DNA of 64,000 nucleotides from Pseudomonadota bacterium (GCA_040385425.1 JAZKHK010000030.1:947-64946), one strand, 5' to 3'; counted from the first letter of the stretch, positions 40,195-51,293 are shown. Made by a program: numbers and translations. Notes: generated from the sequence alone by a model not told the origin.

Positions 40195-40455
40195 TTGAAT
40201 ATTTCCAGCGCGATCGTGTATGCCAAGCCAGACCAGGATCAGGCCTTGCGCATGCTCTTATCCCAGGTGCCAGGCGTGGAAGTCCACGTCAGTACCGATG
40301 ACGGAAAAATGATTATCACCATCGAGAGCGAAAACGACCGTAGCGCTGTCGATACCTATGAGGCCATTGAACGCATGGATGGCGTTCTTTCTGTGGCCAT
40401 GATTTTTCAGCAAACCGAATCCCACCCTGACCAGGAGCTATTGAAATGCAAGTAA
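40195..40455 (+). CDS. napD: Periplasmic nitrate reductase chaperone
   Basis: TTG start; NISS.IV...PGVEVH....GKMIITIE...GVLS; overlaps napA. Confidence 0.9.
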   Translation: MNISSAIVYAKPDQDQALRMLLSQVPGVEVHVSTDDGKMIITIESENDRSAVDTYEAIERMDGVLSVAMIFQQTESHPDQELLKCK

Positions 40456-42968
40456 CCCGTCGTGAACTCATCAAGGCCAATGCGGTCACCGCAGCCGCTA
40501 CTGTGATCGGCATCAGTGTGCCGGGTGCGCAAGCACTGGCGCAATCCGGTTCCAGCGACGGCGTGCGCTGGGACAAGGGTGCGTGTCGCTTTTGCGGAAC
40601 GGGTTGCGGCGTGCTCATCGGCGTCAAAGACAACCGCGTGGTTGCGACCCAAGGCGATCCCGATGCGCCCGTGAACAAGGGGCTCAATTGCATCAAGGGC
40701 TACTTTTTGTCCAAGATCATGTACGGCAAGGACCGTCTGACCGAGCCACTCTTGCGCATGAAAGACGGCAAGTATGACAAGAATGGTGACTTTGCCCATA
40801 TCACCTGGGACAAGGCTTTCGACATCATGGAAGAAAAGTGCAAAGCGGCACTGAAGGCCAATGGTCCGAAATCGATTGGCATGTTCGGCTCCGGCCAGTG
40901 GACCGTCTGGGAAGGCTATGCCGCATCCAAGCTGTTCAAGGCGGGATTCCGCTCCAATAACATTGACCCCAATGCGCGTCACTGCATGGCCTCGGCCGTG
41001 GCCGGTTTCATGCGTACGTTCGGTATCGACGAGCCCATGGGCTGCTATGACGACTTCGAGCACGCCGATTCCTTCGTGCTGTGGGGCTCCAACATGGCCG
41101 AGATGCACCCCATCTTGTGGTCACGCATCACCGACCGTCGCCTCACGGCCAAACACGTCAAGCTCAATGTGTTGTCCACCTTCTCGCATCGTTCCTGTGA
41201 ACTCGCGGACAGTGAGCTGATCTTCAAACCCCAGTCCGACCTGGCGATCCTGAACTACATCTGCAACTACATCATCCAGAGCGGTGCAGTCAATGAAGAG
41301 TTTGTCAAAAAGAATGTGAGCTTCCGCAAGGGCGTCACCGATATCGGCTATGGCTTGCGCCCCAATCACCCGCTGGAACAAGTGGCCAACAACAATGGTT
41401 ACCCCGGTGCGGATGGCAAACCCAAGGGGAACCCGGGCGCATCAGCCCCCCTGACGTTTGATGAGTTCAAGCAGTTTGTGTCCGAATACACGCTGGACAA
41501 GGCGCATGAAATTTCCGGCGTCTCCAAGGACAAGCTGGAAGCGCTGGCCAAGGTCTATGCCGATCCGAAAACCAAGGTCATGTCTTTGTGGACCATGGGT
41601 TTCAATCAGCACACACGCGGCACCTGGGTCAATAACATGATCTACAACGTGCATTTGCTGGTTGGAAAAATTTCCGAACCAGGCAACGGTCCGTTCTCGC
41701 TCACCGGCCAACCCTCCGCCTGCGGTACAGCGCGCGAAGTGGGTACTTTTGCCCACCGCCTGCCGGCGGATATGGAAGTGACCAACCCGAAACACCGTGA
41801 ACTGGCTGAAAAACTGTGGAAGCTGCCCGCCGGTACGGTGCCGGACTGGGTCGGTCTGCCGGCCGTGGCGCAAAGCCGTGCGCTCAAGGATGGCAAACTC
41901 AATTTTTACTGGAGCGCGACCTCCAACAACATGCAGGCCGGACCCAACATCAGTGGCGAAACCTGGCCTGGTTTTCGCAATCCGGCCAACTTCGTGGTGG
42001 TGTCCGACTCTTACCCCACGGTCACGGCCATGGCTGGTGACCTGATTCTTCCATCGGCCATGTGGGTGGAAAAAGAAGGCGCCTTTGGTAACGCCGAACG
42101 CCGCACGCAATTCTGGCGGCAGCAGGTCAGGGCACCGGGCAAGGCCAAGTCAGATCTGTGGCAATACGTCGAGTTCTCCAAGCGCTTCAAGGTGGAAGAA
42201 GTCTGGCCGGCCGAACTGCTGGAGAAATCGCCTGAATTCAAAGGCAAGACCTTGTATGACGTGCTGTATGCCAATGGCCAGGTGAATAAATTCCCGCTGT
42301 CGGAAACCCAAAAAGGGTTTGACAATGACGAATCCAAAGAACTGGGCTTCTATCTGCAAAAGGGCTTGTTCGAGGAATACGCCAGTTTCGGTCGGGGTCA
42401 TGGCCATGATCTGGCCTCGTTTGACACTTACCACAAGGCGCGCGGTTTGCGCTGGCCGGTGATTGAGAACAAAGAGACCTTATGGCGCTTCCGCGAAGGC
42501 TATGACTCGTATGTGAAAAAAGGCGAAGGCGTCAAGTTCTACGGTAAACCCGACGGCAAAGCGGTGATTTTTGCGCTGCCTTACCAACCAGCAGCCGAGC
42601 AGCCCGATGCCGAGTTCGATTTGTGGTTCTCCACCGGCCGGGTGCTGGAACATTGGCACACCGGCTCGATGACACGACGCGTGCCCGAGTTGTACCGCGC
42701 CATGCCCGATGCCTGGCTGTACATGAACCCGGAAGACGCCAAGAAACGCGGTCTGCAGCGCGGCGACACGGTCAAGGTGTCATCGCGGCGAGGGGAAGTC
42801 AGTACCAAGGTGGAAACCCGTGGTCGCAACAAGATGCCTCCAGGCGTGGTGTTCATGCCCTTCTTCGACGAACACCGCCTGGTCAACAAGTTGACGCTGG
42901 ATGCCACTTGCCCGATCTCCAAGCAAACCGACTTTAAAAAGTGCGCTTGCAAGGTGGTCAAGGCGTAA
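40446..42968 (+). CDS. napA: Periplasmic nitrate reductase catalytic subunit
   Basis: Tat motif TRRELIK; CRFCGTGC; NARHCMASA; [13 protein letters not shown]; TGRVLEHWH; DFKKCA. Confidence 0.98.
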   Translation: MQVTRRELIKANAVTAAATVIGISVPGAQALAQSGSSDGVRWDKGACRFCGTGCGVLIGVKDNRVVATQGDPDAPVNKGLNCIKGYFLSKIMYGKDRLTEPLLRMKDGKYDKNGDFAHITWDKAFDIMEEKCKAALKANGPKSIGMFGSGQWTVWEGYAASKLFKAGFRSNNIDPNARHCMASAVAGFMRTFGIDEPMGCYDDFEHADSFVLWGSNMAEMHPILWSRITDRRLTAKHVKLNVLSTFSHRSCELADSELIFKPQSDLAILNYICNYIIQSGAVNEEFVKKNVSFRKGVTDIGYGLRPNHPLEQVANNNGYPGADGKPKGNPGASAPLTFDEFKQFVSEYTLDKAHEISGVSKDKLEALAKVYADPKTKVMSLWTMGFNQHTRGTWVNNMIYNVHLLVGKISEPGNGPFSLTGQPSACGTAREVGTFAHRLPADMEVTNPKHRELAEKLWKLPAGTVPDWVGLPAVAQSRALKDGKLNFYWSATSNNMQAGPNISGETWPGFRNPANFVVVSDSYPTVTAMAGDLILPSAMWVEKEGAFGNAERRTQFWRQQVRAPGKAKSDLWQYVEFSKRFKVEEVWPAELLEKSPEFKGKTLYDVLYANGQVNKFPLSETQKGFDNDESKELGFYLQKGLFEEYASFGRGHGHDLASFDTYHKARGLRWPVIENKETLWRFREGYDSYVKKGEGVKFYGKPDGKAVIFALPYQPAAEQPDAEFDLWFSTGRVLEHWHTGSMTRRVPELYRAMPDAWLYMNPEDAKKRGLQRGDTVKVSSRRGEVSTKVETRGRNKMPPGVVFMPFFDEHRLVNKLTLDATCPISKQTDFKKCACKVVKA

Positions 42969-43021
42969 TTGGACCCGGGTGCCGGTTCGTTTGAACCTGC
43001 GCCCGTTGCTTGTTTGTTGTC

Positions 43022-43834
43022 ATGAAAAAACCTGATTCAGCCCCAGCTGCCGCTCGTCGCCAGTTCATTTTCGACTCTGCGAAGATGGTCTGCGGCGTGG
43101 GTGCGATCGGCCTGGGCCTGGGCTTGTACAGCAAACAAGCCAAGGCCTTGCCCGCCGGGGCCATTCGGCCACCCGGTGCGGGGTCTGAGCAGGATTTCCA
43201 GTCGGCCTGCATTCGTTGCGGCTTGTGTGTGCGCGACTGTCCGTACGATATTCTCAAGCTCGCCACGCCGGAGCAAGCGGTGGCCACCGGCACCCCATTT
43301 TTCGTGGCGCGTGCCAAGCCTTGCGAGATGTGCGAAGACATTCCGTGCGTCAAGGCTTGCCCCACCGGCGCGCTGGATCACACGCTGACCGATATCAACA
43401 AAGCCAGGATGGGGCTGGCCGTACTGGTCGACCATGAAACCTGCCTGAACTTTCTGGGCATGCGTTGCGACGTTTGTTACCGCGTCTGCCCTGCGATCGA
43501 CAAGGCCATCACGCTGGATGTGCAGCACAACGAGCGCACCGCCAGACATGCCATGTTTTTGCCCACCGTGCATTCAGACCATTGCACCGGTTGCGGCAAG
43601 TGCGAAGCTTCTTGCGTACTGGAAGTGGCGGCCATCAAGGTCTACCCGGTCAAGCTGGCCAAAGGTGAAATGGGCTCGCATTACCGGCTGGGCTGGGAAG
43701 AGAAGCGCAAGGCCGGCAAGTCTTTGGTCGAAGACAAAGGCCTGATTGATCTGCCGGATCGCATGCCCGAGGGCATGAAGTTGCCCGGACACTTTGATCC
43801 CGGCAGCGCCCTTCCCAATGAGGCGCCGCGATGA
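43022..43834 (+). CDS. napG: Ferredoxin-type protein NapG
   Basis: RRQF Tat leader; [43 protein letters not shown]; HYRLGWEEK. Confidence 0.95.
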   Translation: MKKPDSAPAAARRQFIFDSAKMVCGVGAIGLGLGLYSKQAKALPAGAIRPPGAGSEQDFQSACIRCGLCVRDCPYDILKLATPEQAVATGTPFFVARAKPCEMCEDIPCVKACPTGALDHTLTDINKARMGLAVLVDHETCLNFLGMRCDVCYRVCPAIDKAITLDVQHNERTARHAMFLPTVHSDHCTGCGKCEASCVLEVAAIKVYPVKLAKGEMGSHYRLGWEEKRKAGKSLVEDKGLIDLPDRMPEGMKLPGHFDPGSALPNEAPR

Positions 43835-44766
43835 GCACCGCCGTGAATAAGCTGGGTCAGGAAGCCCTGGATGCCAAGGGCTGGTGGGGCGCCCACCAAT
43901 GGTTGGTCTTGCGGCGCGTGTCGCAATTGAGCATTCTTGCGTTATTTTTGGTCGGCCCCTGGTTCGGCTGGTGGCTGGTCAAGGGCAATCTCAACTACAG
44001 CCTGACGCTCAACACCGTCCCGCTGACCGACCCGCTGGTGCTGCTCCAATCGCTGGCGACCGCCCACGTACCCGAGCGCAACGCGATCATCGGCGTCGTC
44101 ATCGTTTTGCTGTTCTATCTGTTGGTCGGTGGTCGTACTTACTGCGCCTGGGTCTGCCCGGTCAACCTCGTCACCGACGCCGCCAGTGCCTTGCGCCGCA
44201 AGCTCGACATCCGGGGCGGAGGCGACATGCCGCGCCAGACCCGCTACTGGATGCTGGCCCTGATTCTCATCTTGGCTGCCACCACCGGCAGCATCGTCTG
44301 GGAGCTGGTAAATCCGGTCTCCATGCTGCCGCGCGGCCTGATTTTTGGCATGGGCGCAGGTTGGCTGCTGATCGGCGCCATTTTCTTGTTTGACCTGTTT
44401 GTCATGAAGCGGGGCTGGTGCGGCCACCTTTGCCCGGTGGGTGCTTTTTACAGCCTCGTGGGGCGGTTCAGCGTGCTGCGGGTGTCCGCCAGCAAACGCG
44501 AGGCCTGCAACAACTGCCTGGACTGCTTCGTGGTGTGCCCGGAGCAGCAGGTGATTCGCCTCCCGCTCAAAGGGGCTGCCAAAGGTTCCAGCCCCATCAT
44601 TCTGTCGCCCAATTGCACCAACTGTGGACGCTGTATCGACGTCTGCTCGAAAGACGTTTTCAGCTTCGGCACCCGGTTCGCCTCTGCCAGTTCACCCCCG
44701 CCCGGCACTCACACGCCGAACAATGATTTCAAAGACCTTTCACACGTGGAGAAGACCCCATCATGA
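43831..44766 (+). CDS. napH: Quinol dehydrogenase membrane subunit NapH
   Basis: [45 protein letters not shown]. Confidence 0.95.
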   Translation: MSTAVNKLGQEALDAKGWWGAHQWLVLRRVSQLSILALFLVGPWFGWWLVKGNLNYSLTLNTVPLTDPLVLLQSLATAHVPERNAIIGVVIVLLFYLLVGGRTYCAWVCPVNLVTDAASALRRKLDIRGGGDMPRQTRYWMLALILILAATTGSIVWELVNPVSMLPRGLIFGMGAGWLLIGAIFLFDLFVMKRGWCGHLCPVGAFYSLVGRFSVLRVSASKREACNNCLDCFVVCPEQQVIRLPLKGAAKGSSPIILSPNCTNCGRCIDVCSKDVFSFGTRFASASSPPPGTHTPNNDFKDLSHVEKTPS

Positions 44767-45212
44767 AGATGACCCTCAAAATCTCGCTGGCTGCCTTATT
44801 GTCCGTCGCTTCATGCTGGAGCACTGCGCAGCAGGTCAACAGCATGCGCGGCACGGATGTCTCAACCATTGACAACGCGCCCATCGTGCAACCCTATGTG
44901 GGGAGCAAGCCGGGTCAGCAGGCGCTGATTGTGCGCAACTTCAAGGAGCAGCCGCCCCTGATTCCTCACAAAGTCGATGGCTTCGATGACATTACCCCCA
45001 CCGAAAACTCCTGCTTCGATTGCCACAGCCATACCGAATTCAGGGGCCAGAAAATACCGCGTGCCGGGAAAAGCCACTTTCTGCCACAAGAGAGCGCCAG
45101 TGCCGAGCCCGTGCTGGACATGAAGCGCTGGCAGTGCAACTCTTGCCACGTGCCGCAAATCGACGCCAAGCCTCTGGTTGAGAACGTCTTCAAGGGCAAT
45201 ACCGTCAAGTGA
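44763..45212 (+). CDS. napB: Diheme cytochrome c NapB
   Basis: QPPLIPH, CFDCH, CNSCHVPQ.DAKPLVEN.F. Confidence 0.95.
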   Translation: MKMTLKISLAALLSVASCWSTAQQVNSMRGTDVSTIDNAPIVQPYVGSKPGQQALIVRNFKEQPPLIPHKVDGFDDITPTENSCFDCHSHTEFRGQKIPRAGKSHFLPQESASAEPVLDMKRWQCNSCHVPQIDAKPLVENVFKGNTVK

Positions 45213-45225
45213 TCTGCTGGCGGTC

Positions 45226-45256
45226 AGGCGTTCACAAGGATGAACGCCTCTTTTTT
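45226..45256 (+). terminator. Rho-independent terminator of the nap operon
   Basis: AGGCGTTCA-CAAGGA-TGAACGCCT-CTTTTTT. Confidence 0.8.
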
Positions 45257-45310
45257 GCCGAGAAACGGCGTAACAGGCCTGCAAACCGGAAAAGTCGTCA
45301 AAATTTATGT

Positions 45311-45366
45311 GTTTTATGCCTCTAGCCCCCGTGCTATATGCATGGACAGCTATTAAAAATATAGCG
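45311..45366 (-). repeat. Intergenic repeat copy 3 (inverted)
   Basis: Reverse complement GCTATATTTTTAATAGCTGTCCATGCATATAGCACGGGGGCTAGAGGCATAAAA; same N7/N19 spacing as copies 1 and 2. Confidence 0.75.
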
Positions 45367-45416
45367 CTATCATGGCATCGTTGACGAACAGTCAATGCAC
45401 AAGCAAGGAAATCCTG

Positions 45417-46061
45417 ATGGACTTGATGACTGGCCGTGAGTTATCAGAATTTGCCAATGCCCTGATTCACTCGCGCCAAAATGTGTCGCCCCGGCGCCTG
45501 GGTGAACCCGGCCCTTCACCGCAAGCGCTCCAGGACATTCTGGGCACCGCCGCCGCGGCGCCGGACCATGGGCAGTTGGTGCCCTGGCGTTTCGTCATGG
45601 TGCCGACGGACCAGCGTGGTCGCCTGGCCGAGGTGTTTGGGTTGGCGCTGCTTGATCGCGACCCCAAGGCCACGCCGGAACAAATTGAAAACGCCCGAGA
45701 AAAAGCGCACCGCGCTCCTTTTCTGATGCTGGCCATTGCCCGCTTGATCGACCAGGATGCGCCGGCCAACGCACCCGGACGCGGCGCCCAGCACCCCGAG
45801 TCGAGTGAGGCGGAGGTGGGGGATGCCGAGCGTTTGGTGTCTTTCGGCTGCGCCATTCAAAACATCTTGCTCTCGGCCCATGCGGCAGGCTTTGGCACCG
45901 GCTTGACCAGCGGGCAGGCGATGGCGTCTCCCCGCCTGCGCGCCCTGTTTGACCTGCGCGAGAACGAAAGGGCGGTGTGCTGCATCAACATCGGCACGGT
46001 GACCAAACACAAACCGGCACGTGTTCGGCCCGACCTGGCCAGCTTTGTCAGCAGCTTGTGA
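45417..46061 (+). CDS. Nitroreductase-family protein (YdjA-like)
   Basis: L.EPGP, AAAAPDHGQL.PWRF, KAHRAP, AIQNILL.AHA.GFG. Confidence 0.88.
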   Translation: MDLMTGRELSEFANALIHSRQNVSPRRLGEPGPSPQALQDILGTAAAAPDHGQLVPWRFVMVPTDQRGRLAEVFGLALLDRDPKATPEQIENAREKAHRAPFLMLAIARLIDQDAPANAPGRGAQHPESSEAEVGDAERLVSFGCAIQNILLSAHAAGFGTGLTSGQAMASPRLRALFDLRENERAVCCINIGTVTKHKPARVRPDLASFVSSL

Positions 46062-46079
46062 TGACCGCCCCGCGTACGA

Positions 46080-47267
46080 TCAGGATGCGCGCTCGAAAAT
46101 AGCCGCAATACCCTGGCCGCCACCGATGCACATGGTGACCAGCGCATAACGGCCGCTGATGCGTTCCAGCTCGTACAGCGCCTTGACCGTGATCAGCGCG
46201 CCGGTGGCGCCAATCGGATGACCCAGCGAGATGCCGGACCCGTTGGGGTTGACCTTGGCGGGGTCCAGCCCCAAGTCGCGGGAGACGGCACAAGCTTGTG
46301 CGGCAAAAGCTTCGTTGGCCTCGATCACGTCCAGGTCGCTGATCTTGAGTCCGGCTTTCTTGAGGGCCAGTTGGGTGGCCGGCACCGGGCCGATCCCCAT
46401 GTACTTGGGATCGACGCCGGCATGGGCATAAGCCACCAGGCGGGCCATCGGTTTCAGGCCGCGCGCTTGGGCGGTGCCGGCTTCCATCAGGACCACGGCG
46501 GCGGCGGCGTCATTGATGCCTGAGGCGTTGCCGGCGGTGACGGTGCCGTTTTCCTTCAGAAACGCGGGCTTGAGTTTGGCCATGTCGGCCATCGAACAGT
46601 TCGGGCGGAAGTGCTCGTCGGTGGCATAGGGCACGTCGCCTTTTTTGCTCTTGAGCATCACCGGCATGATCTGGCTCGTGAAATAACCGGCTTCCGTGGC
46701 GCGCTGGGCGCGGTTGTGGCTCTCAACCGCAATGGCGTCCTGCTCTTCGCGGCTGATGCCCCACTTGGCGGCGATGTTTTCAGCGGTGACGCCCATGTGA
46801 ATGGTGTGAAAGGGGTCGTGCAGGGCGCCCACCACCATGTCAATCATCTTGGTGTCACCCATGCGCGCGCCCCAACGGGCCGACAGACTAGCGTAGGGGC
46901 CGCGGCTCATGTTCTCGGCACCGCCGCCAATGGCGATGTCGGTGTCGCCCAGCAAAATGGACTGGCTGGCCGAAATGATGGCCTGCAGGCCCGAGCCGCA
47001 CAGGCGGTTGACGTTGAACGCGGGCGTGCCTTCGGCGCAACCGCCGTTGATGGCGGCCATGCGCGAGAGGTACATGTCCTTGGGTTCGGTGTTGACCACA
47101 TGGCCGAACACGACATGCCCGACATCCTTGCCGTCCACGCTGGCACGGGCCAGGGATTCGCGCACGACTTGCGCAGCCAACTCGGTCGGCGCAATGTCCT
47201 TCAGGCTACCGCCATAGGTACCAATGGCAGTGCGCACACCGCTGACAACAACAACTTCACGGCTCAT
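46080..47267 (-). CDS. bktB: Beta-ketothiolase (BktB-like)
   Basis: NRLCGSGLQA, NEAFA, GHPIGATG, CIGGGQG; HVVFGHVVNTEPKDMYLSR is typical of BktB. Confidence 0.9.
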   Translation of the reverse strand: MSREVVVVSGVRTAIGTYGGSLKDIAPTELAAQVVRESLARASVDGKDVGHVVFGHVVNTEPKDMYLSRMAAINGGCAEGTPAFNVNRLCGSGLQAIISASQSILLGDTDIAIGGGAENMSRGPYASLSARWGARMGDTKMIDMVVGALHDPFHTIHMGVTAENIAAKWGISREEQDAIAVESHNRAQRATEAGYFTSQIMPVMLKSKKGDVPYATDEHFRPNCSMADMAKLKPAFLKENGTVTAGNASGINDAAAAVVLMEAGTAQARGLKPMARLVAYAHAGVDPKYMGIGPVPATQLALKKAGLKISDLDVIEANEAFAAQACAVSRDLGLDPAKVNPNGSGISLGHPIGATGALITVKALYELERISGRYALVTMCIGGGQGIAAIFERAS

Positions 47268-47553
47268 AAAAATCTCCTTCGTTATTAAAAGTGGGAAAGG
47301 GCAGTTCGGGAAAAATCAGGTCACCGAGTATGTTGGATGCAGGGCTCCAATTGCTTTGTTTGTTGTCAATTATGTGTGTCATCGAACAGACAAGGCGTGG
47401 CTTTCTTCCTACTCTTTGCAGACCAAGCCGCTGTGTTTTCAAGGTTCTGGCCATGGTCATGACCAAGCTTGATGGCCGTGCAGTTTGGGTGAAATGTGCA
47501 GGCAGCATTTTTCTCAATGCATCAATCCTCTGGAAACCATTAAAGGAGCGAAT

Positions 47554-48165
47554 GTGAAAAAACTTAACATGAACGTGATCTCGCTTGCGGTTAGTCTCGT
47601 CTTCAGCGTCGGCGCCATGGCGCAAGGCATGTCGAAGACCGACTACAACTCGTCCCGGGAGAAGATTGCGGCCGATTACAAGTCGGCCAAGGCTGCTTGC
47701 GACTCCATGTCCGGCAACCCCAAGGATATTTGCATAGCCGAGGGAAAAGCCAAGGAGAAGATCGCCAAAGCCGAGCTTGAAGCCAACTACAAACCTACCC
47801 TGAAGACCCGTTACCAAGCGAACGTTGCCAAGGCGGAGGCTGACTATGCGGTGGCCAAGGAGCGATGTGATGATCTGGCTGGCAACGCGAAGGATGTGTG
47901 TGTCAAGGAGGCCAAGGCAGCAATGACAACGGCCAAAGCTGACGCCAAAGCGCAGATGAAAACTTCGGATGCGAATGCCACCGCCAAAGAGAAGTCCGCT
48001 GAGGCGCGCAGCAAGGCCAACACCCAAGCCACAGATGCTCGCAAGGATGCCACGGCCGACAAGCGTGATGCCGAATACGCAACAGCCAAAGAGAAATGTG
48101 ACGTGTATTCGGGCGATGCCAAAGACAACTGTGTGGCCCAGGCCAAAGCACGCTTTGGCAAGTAG
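47554..48165 (+). CDS. Secreted Ala/Lys-rich protein with three C-X10-C repeats
   Basis: AAGGAG RBS plus GTG; signal peptide ending AMA; CDSMSGNPKDIC, CDDLAGNAKDVC, CDVYSGDAKDNC. Confidence 0.85.
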   Translation: MKKLNMNVISLAVSLVFSVGAMAQGMSKTDYNSSREKIAADYKSAKAACDSMSGNPKDICIAEGKAKEKIAKAELEANYKPTLKTRYQANVAKAEADYAVAKERCDDLAGNAKDVCVKEAKAAMTTAKADAKAQMKTSDANATAKEKSAEARSKANTQATDARKDATADKRDAEYATAKEKCDVYSGDAKDNCVAQAKARFGK

Positions 48166-48228
48166 TCCGTGCTGGTTTATCGGTAATGCATGTAGCTTCA
48201 AAAGCTGATTTCTGAGGAGAAACAAGCC

Positions 48229-48447
48229 ATGAGATCAATTCAAAATTCCGTATTCAGCACGACAGTTGTCGCGGCCGTGCTGCTCGGTTTGGGGGGCTGT
48301 TCCGGCATGACGAAGCAGGAAAAAGGGACTGTGATCGGTGCGGGTGCGGGCGCCATTGGCGGCTCCGTGCTAACGGGCGGCAGCACCGCTGGAACGGTAG
48401 GCGGTGCCGCTGTGGGTGGTGTTATCGGCCACGAAGTCAGTAAATAA
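48229..48447 (+). CDS. Glycine-zipper 2TM lipoprotein (OsmB-like)
   Basis: GAGGAG RBS; lipobox LGGC; GTVIGAGAGAIGGSVLTGGS..GTVGGAAVGGVIGH. Confidence 0.88.
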   Translation: MRSIQNSVFSTTVVAAVLLGLGGCSGMTKQEKGTVIGAGAGAIGGSVLTGGSTAGTVGGAAVGGVIGHEVSK

Positions 48448-48471
48448 GCTTCGCCAATATTGGAATTGAAA

Positions 48472-48509
48472 TGCACTGACTCCGGCTTGAAAAAACCGGA
48501 GTCAGTGCA
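48472..48509. terminator. 14-bp perfect hairpin after the OsmB-like gene
   Basis: TGCACTGACTCCGG-CTTGAAAAAA-CCGGAGTCAGTGCA. Confidence 0.6.
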
Positions 48510-48678
48510 GCGGTTTATCGCCTCAATTTCATAGCGAAAGTGCCGAACGTGAGTGTGCTTCGCACTCGATTCCCACAGCCCTTTTCCTGTACGCCTGAAT
48601 AGACCGGACCCATCAGACATGACGATGACCCAGCCAGGCGCGGCGGTGGCGCTGGGCTGCAAGTCAAGCTTGTACGGC

Positions 48679-48696
48679 TGTAGGAATTTTCTGACA
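48679..48696. promoter_or_regulatory. Candidate NarL/GacA-family operator
   Basis: TGTAGG-AATTTT-CTGACA; related sites at 51321, 51366, 53009, 53031, 62047, 47375 and 47396. Confidence 0.55.
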
Positions 48697-48838
48697 AGCT
48701 GGCGCGCTTATTGGGAATGGTTTTGTTTTAATTCTGGATGCATACTTTGAAAATCAGGGTGATTTACAAAATTTTTACAAATTGGTAGTGCCAGCCTGAA
48801 GCGACCGGCTTCAGGCTTCCAGGAAGTAAGGCCAGTTC

Positions 48839-49243
48839 ATGTACCTGCTCAAGACCTATATCGTCGAAGACAGTGCCATCATTCGTCACAGTCTGATCGC
48901 TGCCCTCGAAGAACTTGTGCCGGTGCAGGTGGTTGGAACGGCCGAAGACGAATCGAGTGCGGTTCAATGGCTCATGCAAACCAGTAACCTGGTTGATCTG
49001 GTGATCGTTGATATTTTTTTGAAAGGTGGTTCTGGTTTGGGTGTGCTCAGGGCGGCCAACAAGCTGCCGCAAAAATTCAATTTGGTGGTGCTGAGTAACT
49101 ACGCGACGCAAGATATTCGACAACAGTGCTTGAAACTGGGGGCCAACCGGGTGTTTGACAAGTCAAACGAGATTGACGCACTGATCACCTACTGTGGCAG
49201 GTTGGCCGCTGGCGAAACAGGTCATGGCGCCCTGGGCTATTGA
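48839..49243 (+). CDS. Single-domain response regulator (REC only)
   Basis: YIVEDS, DLVIVDIFL..GSG, VVLSN, FDKS. Confidence 0.88.
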   Translation: MYLLKTYIVEDSAIIRHSLIAALEELVPVQVVGTAEDESSAVQWLMQTSNLVDLVIVDIFLKGGSGLGVLRAANKLPQKFNLVVLSNYATQDIRQQCLKLGANRVFDKSNEIDALITYCGRLAAGETGHGALGY

Positions 49244-49869
49244 ATCAATTCGTTTTTCAGCGCGTAATAGGTCAGATCGCTGTTGGACCCCAACTTCATT
49301 TTTTCCATCACCCGGGTGCGGTAGGTGCTGACCGTTTTGACACTGAGGGACATGCTCTCCGCAATATGGCCGACGGTTTCACCTTTGGCAAGCCGCAAAA
49401 AAACTTGTAACTCACGTTCCGACAGGTATTCATGAAACAGTTTGTCTCCTGTACCACTCAAACCCTCGGCCAGACGTTCCGCCACACCGGCCGTGATGTA
49501 TTTTCGTCCCCGGCATACCGTGCGGATGGCCTTGATGATCTCTTCCGGGTCACAGTCTTTGTTCAAATAACCGCTGGCACCCTGGCGTAACAGGGTGGTG
49601 GCGTAATGGTCTTCCGGGAAACCACTCAATATAAGTACCGGCAGATCGGGTGCGCGGGCCTTGATGGCGACCAAGGCATCGACCCCGCTTTGGTCGGGCA
49701 TGGAGATGTCCATCAAAATCACGTCGATTTCCATTTTTCGGACGATGTCGAGAGCCTCACGGCCGTTGGCTGCTTCTGCGACCACAGCGAAGTCCATCTG
49801 GTCAGCAAAGAACTGACGCAATCCGGCACGCACCATGGCATGGTCGTCAACGATGGCAATTCGAATCAT
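49237..49869 (-). CDS. NarL/FixJ-family (UvrY/GacA-like) DNA-binding response regulator
   Basis: IVDDH..VR.G, DVILMDISMP, GYLNK; LSERELQV...SVKTVSTYRTR. Confidence 0.92.
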   Translation of the reverse strand: MIRIAIVDDHAMVRAGLRQFFADQMDFAVVAEAANGREALDIVRKMEIDVILMDISMPDQSGVDALVAIKARAPDLPVLILSGFPEDHYATTLLRQGASGYLNKDCDPEEIIKAIRTVCRGRKYITAGVAERLAEGLSGTGDKLFHEYLSERELQVFLRLAKGETVGHIAESMSLSVKTVSTYRTRVMEKMKLGSNSDLTYYALKNELIQ

Positions 49870-49922
49870 GATGTGCGACCAATCTCCAGGGTGAACAACC
49901 CCCATATTAAACAGGGCTAGAG

Positions 49923-51293
49923 ATGGATGTCTTAAAAGTTGTCAAACGTCATCCTATGGTATTTCCACTGGCCTGTGTTGCGGCGGCTGCGATGGTTTTC
50001 ATCAGTGAAGGTTCCTATTGGCAGTCGGTTGGTACGCGAAGCGAAATGGAAGCGACGGAGGCGGCGCGCGTGAGCATTTACGCCTTGCAACGGAATATTC
50101 TGGATGCAGAAACCGGGCAAAGGGGGTTCTTGTTGACCAGTCGCAAGGAGTATCTTTTAACTTATGCCAACGCGCTCAAAAAAACAGGCGAATCGTTTCA
50201 GTTGCTGGAGAAACGCTACGACAAGGAGTCCCAGCCCCGGGACGTACTCAGGAAGTTGCACCGCATGACAGAAGGCAAGTTGTCAGAGCTTGCGTTGACA
50301 ATTCGCCTGCACGATGAAGGCAGGAGTCAGGCTGTCACGGAAATCATTTTGAGCGATATCGGAAAAGAGCAACTGGCGACTATTCTGGCGCTTACCGATG
50401 AACTGTTGGCCTATGAGCGGTTACATGCCGTTTCTGATCAGGGCGATCTTTTTCAGACGCTCATCCTGAACCGCATTGGCGTCGCGGTGTTGAGCGCCAT
50501 CAGCTTGCTGGCTTTGTTCATGTACTTGCGACAGCCCTTTGCCCTGGAACGGCGACAACAAGAGCAGCGACGTTTGGTCCAGGCCGAGCGCGACCAGCTT
50601 GAAGTCGAGGTGAAGCATCGCATGGCACAGTTGACCGAACTGACGCTTCATCTGCAGACGGCGCGTGAAGACGAGCGTCACCGTTTGGCGCGTAACTTGC
50701 ACGATGATCTCGGCGCCTTGCTGACATCGGCCAAGTTGGATGCCGCACGCATCAAATCGAGGTTGACCGGGGCACCTGAAACACTGGAACTGCTCGCCCA
50801 TCTGGTTGGCGCACTCAATAGCAGCATTGCCATGGGACGCAGCATCATCGAAGATTTGCGACCCTCGGCACTCAGCAATCTGGGTCTGGTGGCGACACTC
50901 GAAATCCTGACGAATGAGTTTGCTGAGCATTCCGGTGTGCACGTTCATTGTTCGCTTGGACTGGTCGAGCTGGATGCCGCTGCCGAACTGATGGTGTACC
51001 GCCTGGTGCAGGAAGCAATTACCAACATTACCAAGTACGCGCAGGCCCACCATGTCTGGGTCAGTTTGGCTACCTGCGAGCATCAGGTGGAAATTTCGAT
51101 TCGCGACGATGGCACGGGCTTTGATACCAAACGGCCACAAAGTGCGGCTTACGGCCTGGTCGGTATGCGCTTTCGGGTTGAAGCTCAAGGGGGAACCCTG
51201 GCCGTGGTGTCTGCGCCAGGCCAGGGCACCTTGATTCAAGCCAAGTTACCAGAATTGAGGCTCGTCAAGTCAACAACATTCATGAGCAGGTGA
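49923..51293 (+). CDS. CHASE3 sensor histidine kinase (HisKA_3 type)
   Basis: TM helix, DAETGQRGFLLT...YL..Y, TM helix, ER..LARNLHDDLG, QEAITNI.KYA, DDGTGF. Confidence 0.92.
   Translation: MDVLKVVKRHPMVFPLACVAAAAMVFISEGSYWQSVGTRSEMEATEAARVSIYALQRNILDAETGQRGFLLTSRKEYLLTYANALKKTGESFQLLEKRYDKESQPRDVLRKLHRMTEGKLSELALTIRLHDEGRSQAVTEIILSDIGKEQLATILALTDELLAYERLHAVSDQGDLFQTLILNRIGVAVLSAISLLALFMYLRQPFALERRQQEQRRLVQAERDQLEVEVKHRMAQLTELTLHLQTAREDERHRLARNLHDDLGALLTSAKLDAARIKSRLTGAPETLELLAHLVGALNSSIAMGRSIIEDLRPSALSNLGLVATLEILTNEFAEHSGVHVHCSLGLVELDAAAELMVYRLVQEAITNITKYAQAHHVWVSLATCEHQVEISIRDDGTGFDTKRPQSAAYGLVGMRFRVEAQGGTLAVVSAPGQGTLIQAKLPELRLVKSTTFMSR

Noticed and set aside
47257-48225. 322-aa hydrophobic minus-strand ORF (also 27343-27972 opposite the phasin gene)
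   Set aside because: Reverse reading of Lys/Ala-rich genes produces Leu/Phe/Gly-rich artefacts.
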